From NCBI GenBank assembly GCA_003245815.1, contig QKCD01000053.1:14955-78954 (forward strand): a DNA stretch of 64,000 nucleotides. The letters run 5' to 3'. Position numbers and translations under genes: made by a program. Shown here one piece after another: positions 51,118 to 61,677 of this stretch; position 1 is the first letter of the stretch; the number at the start of each line of letters is the position of its first letter. The notes beneath the pieces were generated by a model that did not search any database, had not been told where the DNA came from, and worked only from the letters and a program-made list of their open reading frames with translations. The DNA is from Sulfuricurvum sp. (lineage in GTDB: Bacteria > Campylobacterota > Campylobacteria > Campylobacterales > Sulfurimonadaceae).

Positions 51118-51845
51118 TGCTGCTCACGGGAAGGCTGTTGGAGGGGGTACCCGGCCTGCTCCACGGTTTTACCGACCGCAGCGACGGCAATATCGCCTTC
51201 CACGTCGGAGAAGCCTACGAGCAGGTCGATCTGCGCCAGCGGCGGCTGGCCGAGAGGGTCGGCTACCGGCTCGAGGCACTGACGCACATGCGCCAGGTCC
51301 ACGGTGACCGCATCCTCTCCCCCGGCGCGGCGGGGGACTACACGGCTCCCCCCGAATGTGACGCCCTCGTCACCGACCGGCCCGGCCACCCCCTGATGGT
51401 CATGGTCGCCGACTGCACACCCCTGCTGCTCTGCGACCCGCGGCGGCGGGTAATCGCCGCCGTCCACGCCGGCCGTGCCGGGGCCTTTGCCGACATTGCC
51501 GGCAAAACCGTCCGAAAGATGGTTGACGATTTCGGTTCCGATACGGGGGAGATCCTGGCCCTGCTGGGACCCTCCATCGGACCATGCTGCTACGAAGTGG
51601 GGGAGCAGATCGGGAAAGAGGCCGCCGCAAAAGGCTTTGCGGAAGCCGTCGTTGAAACGGGGGGAAGGGTCTGCCTCGACGTCAATGCCATCATCATCCG
51701 CCAGCTCAAAGAGGCGGGCCTTGCCGATGCGCATATCGAGGTTTCCGGACGCTGTACCTCCTGCGAGAATGAACGTTTCTTCTCCTACCGGGCGGACCGG
51801 CAGCAGACCGGCCGTTTCGCCGGGGTCATCATGCTAACACGGTAG
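51117..51845 (+). CDS. pgeF: peptidoglycan editing factor PgeF (YfiH/DUF152 laccase-domain protein)
   Basis: 242 aa. …LHGFTDRSDGN…QVHGDRI…ADCTPLLL…C.SC…FFSYR…. TGATG overlap with the MCP stop. Confidence 0.88.
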   Translation: MLLTGRLLEGVPGLLHGFTDRSDGNIAFHVGEAYEQVDLRQRRLAERVGYRLEALTHMRQVHGDRILSPGAAGDYTAPPECDALVTDRPGHPLMVMVADCTPLLLCDPRRRVIAAVHAGRAGAFADIAGKTVRKMVDDFGSDTGEILALLGPSIGPCCYEVGEQIGKEAAAKGFAEAVVETGGRVCLDVNAIIIRQLKEAGLADAHIEVSGRCTSCENERFFSYRADRQQTGRFAGVIMLTR

Positions 51846-53682
51846 CGTCCGCCTTTTCCGTCCCTAGCGCCGCTTCGACCCTCCGGGCGAGCTGCTCCGG
51901 GCGCAATCCGAGCGCGTGTTCCACGTCCGGCGTCTTCCCGTGGGTGATGAAGGCGTCGTCAAATTCAAAGCTCACCAGCTCCACGCCGCCGATCTTCTCC
52001 TCGGCGAGGAATTCCAGGATCGCACTGCCGACGCCCCCCATCTTCGCGCTGTCGCTGAAGACAAACCATTTGCTGTGGCGCGTCGCGAGGCGGCGCAGCA
52101 TCGCCCCGTCGAGGGGTTTGACGAAGCGCAGGTCCAGCAGCGAGACCTCGGCGTCGAGTTCCGCCATCGTCTGCGCCGCACGCCCGACCCCGTTGCCGTA
52201 GCCGATGAAGAGAATGCCGCTTTCACTGGAGACGAGCAGCTGCGACTTGCCCAGTTCAAAGGGAGTCGATTCGGGCAGCTCCGCCTCGAGAAAGTTCCCC
52301 CGCGGGTAGCGCAGGGCGCAGGGGCGGTCGTACTGCGCCGCGAAGCCGATCGCCTGGTGAAAGGACTTCTCGTCCCGGGGGGCGAAGAGGGTCATGTTCG
52401 GCACCGCCCGCAGGAAACTGATATCGAAGGCCCCCTGGTGGGTTTCACCGTCTTCACCGACGATCCCTGCGCGGTCCATCGCGAAGACGACCGGCAGGTC
52501 CATCAGGCAGGTATCGTGGATCACCTGGTCATAGCCACGCTGCAGGAAGGTGGAATAGATCGTACAGAAGGGCTTGAATCCCTCCTTCGCCAGTGCCGCC
52601 ATCGAGGTGACAGCGTGCTGTTCAGCGATGGCCACGTCCCAAAAACGATCGGGGTAGGCCTCCATCAGCGGGGTCAGACCGGTACCGCTGGGCATGGCCG
52701 CCGTGGCACCGACGACTTTGTCGTTCTCTTTCGCCAGGTGCAGCAGCGCCTCGGTGTAGATCTGTGTGGCGCTCTTGGCACCGCTCTTCTTGCTGGAGCT
52801 GCCGCTCTCGAGGTCGAAGGGACCGACACCGTGCCACTTCTCATGCTGCCCCTCGGCGATTTCGTATCCCTTCCCCTTCAGGGTCTGGGCATGGATGATG
52901 ACCGGTTTGCCGAGGTTTTTTGCGATCTCCAGGGTTTCGATCAGCACCTTCAGATCATGGCCGTCGACGGGGCCGATATACTCGATCCCCATCTCCTCGA
53001 AGAGGATGCCCGGGGTAATGAGCTTGAGCGCTTCTTCCGCCCGCTTGGCAATGTAGTGCGCCCCCTCGCCGAAGTTGTCGACGAAGGACTCCGTACGTTT
53101 TTTGAACTTCTGGTAGAAGGGGCTCGCCATGGCGGAGCTGAGCATGCGGCTGAGCGCGCCGATCGGCTTGGCGATACTCATCTCGTTGTCGTTGAGGATG
53201 ATGACCATCGGGTACTTGCGTTCACCAAGTTCGTTGAGGGCCTCGTAGGCCATCCCCGCGCTCATGGAACCGTCACCGATCATGACGACGGGAATCCGTT
53301 TGCCGACCTCCCCCTTGAGGGCGATCGCCTTAGCGGCGCCGACCCCCAGGGAGATGGAGGTCGAACTGTGGCCCGCGACAAAGTAGTCGTGCTCCGACTC
53401 CGTCGGCTTGGTGTAACCGCAGATCCCGTCAAGCTGGCGCAGCGTATCGAAGGCCTCCCAACGTCCCGTGACCAGCTTGTGGGCGTAGGACTGGTGCGAC
53501 ACATCATAGATAAAGGGATCTTTCGTCGAGTCGAAGACCTTGTGCATCGCGATGATCAGTTCCGTCGCCCCCAGTGTCGAGCTCAGGTGGCCGCCGTTGC
53601 GGCTGACAACTTCCAGTATGCGGTTGCGGATATTGCTGCAGAGCGCCTCGAGCTGCTCCAAATCGTAAGACTTAATATTCAT
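51829..53682 (-). CDS. dxs: 1-deoxy-D-xylulose-5-phosphate synthase
   Basis: 617 aa. GGHLSSTLGATEL, GDGSMSAGMAYEALN, and transketolase-like C-terminus. Confidence 0.97.
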   Translation of the reverse strand: MNIKSYDLEQLEALCSNIRNRILEVVSRNGGHLSSTLGATELIIAMHKVFDSTKDPFIYDVSHQSYAHKLVTGRWEAFDTLRQLDGICGYTKPTESEHDYFVAGHSSTSISLGVGAAKAIALKGEVGKRIPVVMIGDGSMSAGMAYEALNELGERKYPMVIILNDNEMSIAKPIGALSRMLSSAMASPFYQKFKKRTESFVDNFGEGAHYIAKRAEEALKLITPGILFEEMGIEYIGPVDGHDLKVLIETLEIAKNLGKPVIIHAQTLKGKGYEIAEGQHEKWHGVGPFDLESGSSSKKSGAKSATQIYTEALLHLAKENDKVVGATAAMPSGTGLTPLMEAYPDRFWDVAIAEQHAVTSMAALAKEGFKPFCTIYSTFLQRGYDQVIHDTCLMDLPVVFAMDRAGIVGEDGETHQGAFDISFLRAVPNMTLFAPRDEKSFHQAIGFAAQYDRPCALRYPRGNFLEAELPESTPFELGKSQLLVSSESGILFIGYGNGVGRAAQTMAELDAEVSLLDLRFVKPLDGAMLRRLATRHSKWFVFSDSAKMGGVGSAILEFLAEEKIGGVELVSFEFDDAFITHGKTPDVEHALGLRPEQLARRVEAALGTEKADATVLA

Positions 53683-53718
53683 TCTAAAGGTTCAAATCCT
53701 GTTCAATAATCTGCGGTT

Positions 53719-54513
53719 TCAGCCGGCTAAGGCCGCGTTCTTGATCCGCTCGAAGCGCTTCATCACTTCGGCGTCGATGTTCCCGGCATTGCTGATCGCC
53801 ACGACCCCGCCGCGGCTCACCGCGCTGTCGGAGACGATATCGACCTGTTCGAGGGTACCGACGGCCTCGGAGACGGGACCGTGGTCGGCGGGGTTGACAC
53901 GCAGGGTGATGCGCGACGCCTCCTGTAGCTCCGCGATCAGCTGCGAAGCCATTTTTTTCGCGATCGCAGAGGAGCGTTCCCCCGCCTCGATCAGAATCAC
54001 CTCCCTGGCAATGTCGATCGCGGCATGGACCAGCTCTTCACGCAGTGCCGCCAAGGCCTCGGTGAACTCCTTGGAGCGCAGCTCCAGGGTCCGGACCGAC
54101 GCGGCGAACTGGGCGACACCGCCGTTGAGGGCATCTTCACGTTCGCGCATCAGTTGCTCGCGCCCTGCCTGGACCCCCTCTTCAAAGGCCTTGGTCCGGG
54201 CCTCTTCCAACTCTCTCCTATAGGTCGCCTCGGCCTCTTCGAGCTTCATCTGCATTTTGATGACGCTCGAGGACATCTCGTCCGCCTTTTTCAGGAGGGA
54301 TTCGACCAGTTCGTCGCGGCGCTCCGCAGAGACCGGGGCGGCAGCTGGTTCAGGCTGGGCCGCAGGCTGTTCCTGCACTGCCGGTTCGCCGGCGACGAGC
54401 ACGGAGGGCTTGGAGGACTCCTCCTCCCGCCCCGCCCCCATCGCGAGGACCTTGAACTTGTACTTGTCGATACTGTGGCGTTCGAGCGCATTGCGGTCGA
54501 TAACGGTTTTCAT
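53719..54513 (-). CDS. fliH: flagellar export apparatus protein FliH
   Basis: 264 aa. Charged coiled-coil centre and C-terminal …SRGGVVAISNAGNIDAEV…. Lies between fliG and dxs as in C. jejuni and H. pylori. Confidence 0.8.
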   Translation of the reverse strand: MKTVIDRNALERHSIDKYKFKVLAMGAGREEESSKPSVLVAGEPAVQEQPAAQPEPAAAPVSAERRDELVESLLKKADEMSSSVIKMQMKLEEAEATYRRELEEARTKAFEEGVQAGREQLMREREDALNGGVAQFAASVRTLELRSKEFTEALAALREELVHAAIDIAREVILIEAGERSSAIAKKMASQLIAELQEASRITLRVNPADHGPVSEAVGTLEQVDIVSDSAVSRGGVVAISNAGNIDAEVMKRFERIKNAALAG

Positions 54514-54517
54514 GCGG

Positions 54518-55549
54518 CTACTCGATCATCTCTTCGGTCTCGCCCACCTGCAGGACACCCTGTTCCGCCAGCTGCTGCACGACCTCCACGATCTTGCGCT
54601 GCGCCGCCTCGACGTCCTTGACCTTGACGGCACCGAGGAACTGCATCTCCTCGACGAAGGTGTCCCGCGCCCGCTGCGACATATTGGAGAAGAACTTCTC
54701 CTTGAGCTCCTCCGCCGAGCTCTTGAGGGCCATCATCAGGTCCTGCTTGTCGACGGCCTTGAGGATCTCCCGGACACCGTTGTTGTCCATCGAGGAGATA
54801 TCCTCGAAGGTGAACATCATCTCCTTGATCGAAGCCGCGAGCTGCTCGTCGATCTGTTCGATATGCGACAGGGTCGCCTTCGAGGCCTTCGCCCCGAGGC
54901 GGTTGAAGACATCCGCAACGGCGCGCGGTCCGCCCACTTCGACCTTGTAGCTCGCCAGGGACTCGAGCTTCGATTCGAGGACGGCGCTGACCCGCTTGAT
55001 GATGGAGGGGGAGATATCCCCGAGCTTGGCCATCCGCATTGCCACCTCGGCCCGCAGGTCGTCGGAGAAGAAGCTGAGGGTCTCCGCTGCCGCCGAAGCG
55101 TCCATATGGGCCAGAATGAGAGCAACGGTCTGGGGATGCTCGTTGACGATGAAGTCCGCCAGCTGCTGCGGCTTGATCTTGGAGAGGTAGGAGAAGTTCT
55201 GGGTCGTCGACATGCTTTTTGAGAGGCGTTCGAGCACCCGCTTCGCCTCGGTCTCGCCCAGGGCCTTGTAGAGGATCTCCCGGGCATACTCCAGGCCCCC
55301 GCTGGTGAGGTACTGGTTGGACTGGATGATGGCGTAGAACTCTTCCAGCACCGCCGTCGCGATCGCCTTGTCGATCGACCGGTTCGACGCGATGTACTTG
55401 GAGATCTCCGTGATCGTTTCGACATGCATGTTCGAAAAGAGCGCGGCTGTCATGTCTTCACCTAGCTGCAGTAGGAGGATGGAGACCTTTTCGGGCATGC
55501 TCATCTCGTCGAACTGTGCCTTGAGATTGGGGGGAAGATTGACGTTCAT
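54518..55549 (-). CDS. fliG: flagellar motor switch protein FliG
   Basis: 343 aa. Full-length FliG pattern (…EKVSILLLQLGEDMTAALF…, …MFTFEDI…, …EAAQRKIVEVVQQLAEQG…). Confidence 0.95.
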   Translation of the reverse strand: MNVNLPPNLKAQFDEMSMPEKVSILLLQLGEDMTAALFSNMHVETITEISKYIASNRSIDKAIATAVLEEFYAIIQSNQYLTSGGLEYAREILYKALGETEAKRVLERLSKSMSTTQNFSYLSKIKPQQLADFIVNEHPQTVALILAHMDASAAAETLSFFSDDLRAEVAMRMAKLGDISPSIIKRVSAVLESKLESLASYKVEVGGPRAVADVFNRLGAKASKATLSHIEQIDEQLAASIKEMMFTFEDISSMDNNGVREILKAVDKQDLMMALKSSAEELKEKFFSNMSQRARDTFVEEMQFLGAVKVKDVEAAQRKIVEVVQQLAEQGVLQVGETEEMIE

Positions 55550-55564
55550 ATGCGTGCTCCTGCC

Positions 55565-57271
55565 TTACGACGACGTGCGTTCCGCCAGCTCTTCTTCGAC
55601 CAGGGCCTGAAGAACATGGGCGATCTCGCTCGGGCGGTCCTCGACCGCGCTTTTGACCTTTTCGAGGAGGACCTCGTACTTGAGTTCGTCCTCGTTCATC
55701 TCTTCGCCGAAGCCCAGCTGGCTCTCGACCTTCTTGCGCATCTGCTGGACCTTTTCGACCAGGTCCTCGTCCTCGTCCTCTTCGATCATCAGCTTCGGAC
55801 GCTGCATCTCCTCTTCCTCCTTGCTGAACTCCAGCATCCGTTCGGCAAAGGGTGCGATCACCTTCTTGTAGGCGACGAAGAGGATGATCGCAACGAGCAG
55901 GTACTTCAGCAGCGGCGCAAAGGGCGTCAGGTAGGCGTCCATCGCCGACTGGATCTCACCGACAGGGCCCTTCGCCGCCATGGCGGCGCCCGTGCCCTCA
56001 AACTGGAAGTTGCGGACCGTCACCTGGTCACCGCGTTCCTCGTCGATGCCGATGCTCTGCTTCACAAGGGAGCTGATGGCATCGAGCTGGCTCTCGTCGA
56101 GGGCGACGTAGACCATCTCCTGCGTCGGGCTCCCCGCCTCGTCGAGCTTCGACTCGTACTTGCCGTCGACGACGACCGCCGCGGTGATCCGCTTGATCTT
56201 GGCGAACTCACCCTTCGTCGTCGAAACCGTCTTGGAGATCTCGTAGTTCGTCGTCGAGGAGTTTTTCGTGTAACTCTCGTTCCCCTGGGACGACGCGAGC
56301 CCCTCCACCGGGGCGATATTGCTGACCGCCCCCGGTACCCCGCCGACCTCTTTGGGCTTGGCCCCTTCACGCTTCTCTTCGAGCACCTGTTCGCTGCGGA
56401 CGACGTTCTCCGGGTCGAAGGTCTCGGAGGTGGAACTGCGCTGGGAGAAGTCGAACTCCATCGTCACCTTGGCGACGACCCGCTCGTTCCCGCCGATGAA
56501 GGGGGAGAGCACCTTGACGATCTTCTCTTCGCGCTTATGCTCCTCGCGCAGCTTGTACTGCTGCTGCATCAGCGAGAGTTCACTCATCTGGACGAACTCG
56601 TCGTCGTCCCCAAGGGTCTCACCCTCGTCGTTGATCAGGGTGACGTTCACCGGTTCCAGGCGGGGGACCGCCGAGGCCACGAGATTCTTGATCCCCGCCA
56701 CCTGCTTCGTCGAGAGGCGGCGCCCCTCCTTGAGCTGGACCATAACCGAGGCGGTCGGCGCGACCTCCTTGGTCACGAAGAGGCTCTCCTTGGGAAGGGC
56801 GAGGTTGACGCTGGAGCGTTCGACCGGGGCGAGGGAGTCGATCGTACGGGCGAGTTCCCCTTCGAGGGCGCGGAGGAACTTCACGTTCTGGTCGAAGTTC
56901 GTCGCGCCGAACTCCTGGGTGTCGAAGAGTTCGAACCCGACCCGGCTCTCTTTCGGAATCCCCATAGAGGCGATGGCCATCCGCTCTTTGTAGACGACCT
57001 CTTTGGGAACTTCGATCACGTTTTCACGGGGAATGCGGTAGGGGATGCCGTCCTTTTCGAGCTGCTCAACCACCTTCGCGGCGTCGGCCGGGGAGAGGGA
57101 GTCGAAGAGCACCTGGTAGCCGTCGCGCATCCCCCCCTTTGACGTGTAGACGACCAGGAAGACCAGGAAGGCGACGATGCCTGCTACGGCACCAGCGATG
57201 ATGATCTTCTGGCTGGTGGTCAGCCGGCTGTAGAGAATGACAAGCTGCGAAAAGAGCGCCTTAAAATCCAT
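55565..57271 (-). CDS. fliF: flagellar MS-ring protein FliF
   Basis: 568 aa. N-terminal TM, YscJ/FliF ring-building domains, second TM, acidic C-terminus. Confidence 0.95.
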   Translation of the reverse strand: MDFKALFSQLVILYSRLTTSQKIIIAGAVAGIVAFLVFLVVYTSKGGMRDGYQVLFDSLSPADAAKVVEQLEKDGIPYRIPRENVIEVPKEVVYKERMAIASMGIPKESRVGFELFDTQEFGATNFDQNVKFLRALEGELARTIDSLAPVERSSVNLALPKESLFVTKEVAPTASVMVQLKEGRRLSTKQVAGIKNLVASAVPRLEPVNVTLINDEGETLGDDDEFVQMSELSLMQQQYKLREEHKREEKIVKVLSPFIGGNERVVAKVTMEFDFSQRSSTSETFDPENVVRSEQVLEEKREGAKPKEVGGVPGAVSNIAPVEGLASSQGNESYTKNSSTTNYEISKTVSTTKGEFAKIKRITAAVVVDGKYESKLDEAGSPTQEMVYVALDESQLDAISSLVKQSIGIDEERGDQVTVRNFQFEGTGAAMAAKGPVGEIQSAMDAYLTPFAPLLKYLLVAIILFVAYKKVIAPFAERMLEFSKEEEEMQRPKLMIEEDEDEDLVEKVQQMRKKVESQLGFGEEMNEDELKYEVLLEKVKSAVEDRPSEIAHVLQALVEEELAERTSS

Positions 57272-57391
57272 TGCTACCCGTTATGAGAATTTTTCCCTCC
57301 GACCGTACGTGCGGGGGAGCTGTGTCGCCCGTACCGGCGTGAGGTTCTCACTCCGGGCATCGTCACACGGGTTGTTCCGCTGACGTATAAT

Positions 57392-58486
57392 CTACAGTAA
57401 TTCGCTGGCAAGTGCGAAAAAGCGGTCATTCTCCGACGGCGTCCCGACGGTGACGCGGATCGCGTTGAGGCCGTACCCGCTCAAATTTCTTACTATCATA
57501 CCCTTTTTTAGCAATGCATCTGCTAATAGGGTGGAATTTTGCCCCTCATTCAAACACAAAGTAACAAAGTTCGTAAAGCTTTCGATGTAGCCGATCCCCA
57601 CCTCTTTGGCGAACGCTTCGTAACGCTGCATCTCCGAGAAGTTCTCCGTTACCGACATCTCCACGAAGCCCTCGTCCTCCAACGCCACCGAAGCCGCCTC
57701 GAGGGAGAGGGTCGTGATGTTAAAGGGCGGGCGCAGCTTGTAGAGCGCCTGGATGATCGGTTTCCGCGCAATACCGTAGCCCGTACGCATCCCGCCCAGA
57801 CCGTACGCCTTGGAGAAGGTCCCCAGGTAGAGGACGTTCGCAAAACGCGCGACGAGGTCGGCCGGCTCAACGGCTTTGGAGGCGTCTTTCGCCTTCGCGT
57901 ACTCCATGTAGGCGCCGTCGACGATCACCAGAGTCTCGTCGTCGATCTTCTCCAGGAAGTCGAAAAGTTTCGCCGCGTCAATCGCGTCGCCTGTGGGGTT
58001 GTTCGGCGTACAGAGGAAAATGATCTCCGGCTTATGTTCCTTGTAAAGGGCATAGAACTCGTCGAGGTCGTGCTCCTGCGACGCCGTACGGATGATCTCC
58101 GCCCCGACGTGGCGGGAGTAGATCTCGTACATCGCGAAGGTGACGCTGTTCATCAGGACCTTCGTGCCGCGGGTCGCCTTGGCGTGGACGGCAAATTCGA
58201 TCACCTGGTCCGAACCGGCGCCGATGACCACCTGGCTGCTTGCGACACCGTAGCGTTTCGCGAGCCCCTCTTTGAGCTTGTACATCGAATCGTCCGGGTA
58301 GAGAGGCATCTTGTCGATGATCTGTGCCACCGCGGCTTTCACCTTCGGCGAACAGCCGTTGGGGTTTTCGTTGCTCGCCAGTTTGACGATGTCCTTGGGC
58401 TCGATGCCGAATTGGCGCACAACCAGTTCGATCGGTTTGCCCGCCTCGTAAATCGTAATGTTGTCCAGTTCCGGATTGAATTTCAT
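57392..58486 (-). CDS. hisC: histidinol-phosphate aminotransferase
   Basis: Start trimmed to [10 protein letters not shown]… in an ATGA overlap with the pheA stop. …LASNENPNG…, PLP-lysine context [13 protein letters not shown]. Confidence 0.93.
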   Translation of the reverse strand: MKFNPELDNITIYEAGKPIELVVRQFGIEPKDIVKLASNENPNGCSPKVKAAVAQIIDKMPLYPDDSMYKLKEGLAKRYGVASSQVVIGAGSDQVIEFAVHAKATRGTKVLMNSVTFAMYEIYSRHVGAEIIRTASQEHDLDEFYALYKEHKPEIIFLCTPNNPTGDAIDAAKLFDFLEKIDDETLVIVDGAYMEYAKAKDASKAVEPADLVARFANVLYLGTFSKAYGLGGMRTGYGIARKPIIQALYKLRPPFNITTLSLEAASVALEDEGFVEMSVTENFSEMQRYEAFAKEVGIGYIESFTNFVTLCLNEGQNSTLLADALLKKGMIVRNLSGYGLNAIRVTVGTPSENDRFFALASELL

Positions 58487-59574
58487 TGTTCCCCTTTCAC
58501 GTAGCTTCCCAGCCACGTGACTTCATTGCTGTGTTTTTGCAGTACGCGCTGCACGTTTTCATCGTCCACGTGCCCGTAGAAATCGATGAAGAACCAGTAA
58601 CCGAAGGTGTCGCCCCCCTTGGAGGGGCGGCTTTCGATCTTGCTCAGGTTGATCTGCTCGTCATCGAAGTCCTGCAGGAAATGGACCAGGGCCCCCGCTT
58701 CGCAGGCATCTTTCAGACGCACGAAGATGGAGGTCTTGTCTTCGCCGCTCACCCCGTTCTTGAAATCACTGAGGATGACGAAGCGGGTCGTGTTGTTGTG
58801 GAGATCCTCGATGTTCTCGAACATCGTCGGGACCCCATAGAGCTTGGCGGCGATATGGCTGCAGATCGCCGCCGCGGAGGGGTCCTCCGAGGCGAGGATG
58901 GCCGCCTTCGCCGTCGACTCCACCGGGATCAGTTCGACGGTGTCGAGACCATGCTCCTGGAGGAACTCCCGGCACTGGCCGAACCCCTTGTCCTTGGAGT
59001 AGACGCGCTTGATCACGCCCAGGTGCTCCGCCTTCGTCGCAAAGGCCATATGAATCGGCATGTAGAGCTCGGCGACGATCTTCACCGGGCTTTTGGCCAG
59101 CAGGTCGAGGGTCTCGCCGACGACCCCGTCGCGGCTGTTCTCGACGGGTACGACGCCGAACTTCGCCCGCCCCGCTTCCAGCGTTTTAAAGACGGCGTGG
59201 ATGGAGCCCAGCGAGAGGTACTCGCTCATCGCGCCGAAACGGCTCTCCGCCGCCTGGTGGGTGAAGCTCCCCTCCGGGCCGAGGTAGGCGATCCGCTCGG
59301 GCAGCTCGATGTTGCGCGAGACGGCGAAGATCTCGAGGAAGATCGCCTCCACCGCCGCGGCGTTAAGGGTCCCCCCCTCCGCCACGCTCAGGGCCGAGAG
59401 GCGTTCAATGATCGCCTTCTCCCGCTCCGGGCGGTAAATCGCCCCCCCGGTGTCATGCTTGATCTCGCCGACGCGCTTGACGATCTCCATCCGCTCGTTG
59501 AGCATCCGGACGATCCCGTCGTCGATGGCATCGATCGCTTCCCTGCATGCTTCAAGCGTTTCCAGTTCTTTCAT
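58483..59574 (-). CDS. pheA: bifunctional chorismate mutase / prephenate dehydratase (P-protein)
   Basis: 363 aa. N-terminal CM (…[26 protein letters not shown]…), PDT core ([13 protein letters not shown]…) and ACT domain (…ESRP…). Confidence 0.93.
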   Translation of the reverse strand: MKELETLEACREAIDAIDDGIVRMLNERMEIVKRVGEIKHDTGGAIYRPEREKAIIERLSALSVAEGGTLNAAAVEAIFLEIFAVSRNIELPERIAYLGPEGSFTHQAAESRFGAMSEYLSLGSIHAVFKTLEAGRAKFGVVPVENSRDGVVGETLDLLAKSPVKIVAELYMPIHMAFATKAEHLGVIKRVYSKDKGFGQCREFLQEHGLDTVELIPVESTAKAAILASEDPSAAAICSHIAAKLYGVPTMFENIEDLHNNTTRFVILSDFKNGVSGEDKTSIFVRLKDACEAGALVHFLQDFDDEQINLSKIESRPSKGGDTFGYWFFIDFYGHVDDENVQRVLQKHSNEVTWLGSYVKGEQ

Positions 59575-60347
59575 CTTCTCTCCCTGTACTCCTGCATATC
59601 GGCGCAGACCAGGTCGGGAACCTGGTCGGCGGGGATATGCGGGATGATTTCATCGGCATTCGCGTATTTGCCGCTGAGGACGAAGACCGTCTTCATCCCC
59701 AGTGCCTTCGCGCCGACAAGGTCCCCCTTGACGTCGTCGCTGATGATTGTCACATCTTCAAAATCCGCATCGGGGATCTGCTGGCGCAGCCGCCGCAGCG
59801 CTTCACCGTAGAAGGCCATACTCGGTTTGCCGACGACCTCGTAGCGGGCCGAGGTGGCGAACTCCAGCATCTTCAGGATCGCTCCGACCCCGGGGTAGCG
59901 TTTGCCGTTTTTCGCATAGAGGGTCGTTTCGTGCATCCCGACGAGGCGCGCGCCCTTCAGCAGAAAACCGATCATCTGCGCGTACTCCTCGGCGTCGAAA
60001 TCCTCCTTGACAGCGACCAGGACACTCCGGGGGTCGCTGTAGTCGAGGCGGTACCCCATCTCCTCGATGACCCGCAGGAAGGGCTCGGAGCCGTAGGCCG
60101 CCACCCCCTCATGGGGAAGGATCGCCTCGAGCGTCATCAGGGGGTCGAGGTAGCGCTCCGCGGGGATCTCCAGCCCGATCTCCCGCAGATAGGCGTGAAA
60201 CTCCCGTCCGGGACGCTTGGTATTGTTCGTGATGACCATGTAGGGCGTCCCCGCGGCGTTAAGCTCCGCGATGAACGCCGCCGCACCCCGTATGGGAAGG
60301 CGGTCTACATCGTCAATCAGAGTCCCCTGTACGTCGATGAAATACAT
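59571..60347 (-). CDS. HAD-IIA family phosphatase (NagD-like)
   Basis: 258 aa. FIDVQGTL (DxxGT nucleophile motif), ITNNT, and C-terminal SDDVKGDL. Confidence 0.8.
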   Translation of the reverse strand: MYFIDVQGTLIDDVDRLPIRGAAAFIAELNAAGTPYMVITNNTKRPGREFHAYLREIGLEIPAERYLDPLMTLEAILPHEGVAAYGSEPFLRVIEEMGYRLDYSDPRSVLVAVKEDFDAEEYAQMIGFLLKGARLVGMHETTLYAKNGKRYPGVGAILKMLEFATSARYEVVGKPSMAFYGEALRRLRQQIPDADFEDVTIISDDVKGDLVGAKALGMKTVFVLSGKYANADEIIPHIPADQVPDLVCADMQEYRERR

Positions 60348-60348
60348 C

Positions 60349-61557
60349 TCAGGACTCGAGGAACTCTTTTTCCAGGGCGATCAGGTCCTCGAAGGACTCA
60401 CGGCGGCGGATCAGGCGGGCTTTGCCCCCTTCGACGGCCACTTCGGCGGCGCGTCCCCGGGTGTTGTAGTTGCTCCCCATACCAAAGCCGTAGGCCCCGG
60501 CACTGTGGACGACCAGCAGGTCGTTGTGCTCCATCTGCGGCAGGGGGTAGTTCTTCGCCAGGAAGTCGCCGCTTTCACAGACCGGTCCGACGATATCCGC
60601 TTCGGTGCACTCCCCCGTGCGGAAAGGGGCTTCGATGCCATGGTAGGCGTTGTAGAGACTCGGACGGATCAGGTCATTCATCGCCCCGTCGACGACGACG
60701 AAGCGCTTCGTACCGTTGCGCTTCTCGTAGAGCACGCGGGTGAGGAAGTGACCCGCGTTCGCCGTGAGGAAGCGGCCCGGTTCCATCACGACCGTCAGAT
60801 CGAGCCCGCGCAGGGTGCCGAGAATCGCCTGGGCATAGTCGTAAGGGTCGATCGTCGTCTCCTCTTTGTAACGGATCCCCAGTCCCCCGCCGATGTCGAA
60901 GAACTTGAGTTCGATGTCGAGGACGCTCAGCGAGCGAACGAGGTCCGCGACAATCTCGGCGGCTTCGCGGATCGGGTCAAGCTCCGTCAGCTGCGAGCCG
61001 ATGTGGAAATGGATGCCGACCGGGTCGAGGTTCGATGAGTTCTTCGCGCGGATGTACATCCGTTTGGCGACGTCGAGATCGACCCCGAACTTGTTGGCGT
61101 GCAGCCCCGTCGAGATGTAGGGGTGGGTTTTGGGGTCGATGTTGGGGTTTACCCGGATACTGATGCGCGCCTGCACCCCGAGCTCCGCCGCAATGGCGTC
61201 GACACGGCCGAGCTCGCCGTCGCTCTCGACGTTGATGTAGAGAATGTCGTTCTGCAGTGCCTCGCGGATCTCCTCATCGCGCTTGCCAACGCCGCTGAAG
61301 ATGATCTTGTATTTCGGAATGCCCGCCATTAGCGCGCGGCGCACCTCGCCGATGGAGACACAATCCGCACCGGCGCCCAGCGAGGCGAAGTGCTTCACCA
61401 CGCTCAGGTTCGAATTGGCCTTGACGGCGTAGGCCATCAGGGATTTGCGCCCCTTGAATGCGGTTTTGAGCGCCTCGAACTGGCTGCTCATGGCATCGAG
61501 GTCGTAGACGTAGAGCGGTGTCTGGTACTCCTGCGCCAATGCGTTGAAATCGATCAC
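60349..61557 (-). CDS. lysA: diaminopimelate decarboxylase
   Basis: PLP-lysine context YAVKAN, GGGLGI, and CESGD motifs. Start set at GTG 61557 (AAGGA 6 nt upstream); the track start is TTG 61575. Confidence 0.95.
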   Translation of the reverse strand: MIDFNALAQEYQTPLYVYDLDAMSSQFEALKTAFKGRKSLMAYAVKANSNLSVVKHFASLGAGADCVSIGEVRRALMAGIPKYKIIFSGVGKRDEEIREALQNDILYINVESDGELGRVDAIAAELGVQARISIRVNPNIDPKTHPYISTGLHANKFGVDLDVAKRMYIRAKNSSNLDPVGIHFHIGSQLTELDPIREAAEIVADLVRSLSVLDIELKFFDIGGGLGIRYKEETTIDPYDYAQAILGTLRGLDLTVVMEPGRFLTANAGHFLTRVLYEKRNGTKRFVVVDGAMNDLIRPSLYNAYHGIEAPFRTGECTEADIVGPVCESGDFLAKNYPLPQMEHNDLLVVHSAGAYGFGMGSNYNTRGRAAEVAVEGGKARLIRRRESFEDLIALEKEFLES

Positions 61558-61615
61558 TGTCGTCCTTGTTGTCAATGGAATTGGGGTAGGCCGGTTCCCG
61601 GCTTAAAATAGGCGC

Positions 61616-61625
61616 ATTCTAGCCA
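61616..61625 (-). promoter_or_regulatory. extended -10 box TGGCTAGAAT for the lysA-HAD-pheA-hisC unit
   Basis: Reverse complement of 61616-61625 is TGGCTAGAAT. Confidence 0.4.
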
Positions 61626-61677
61626 AAAAGTGCTTATATGAAGAATAGTCTTAACCGCTAACGGCGGCAGCGGGGTT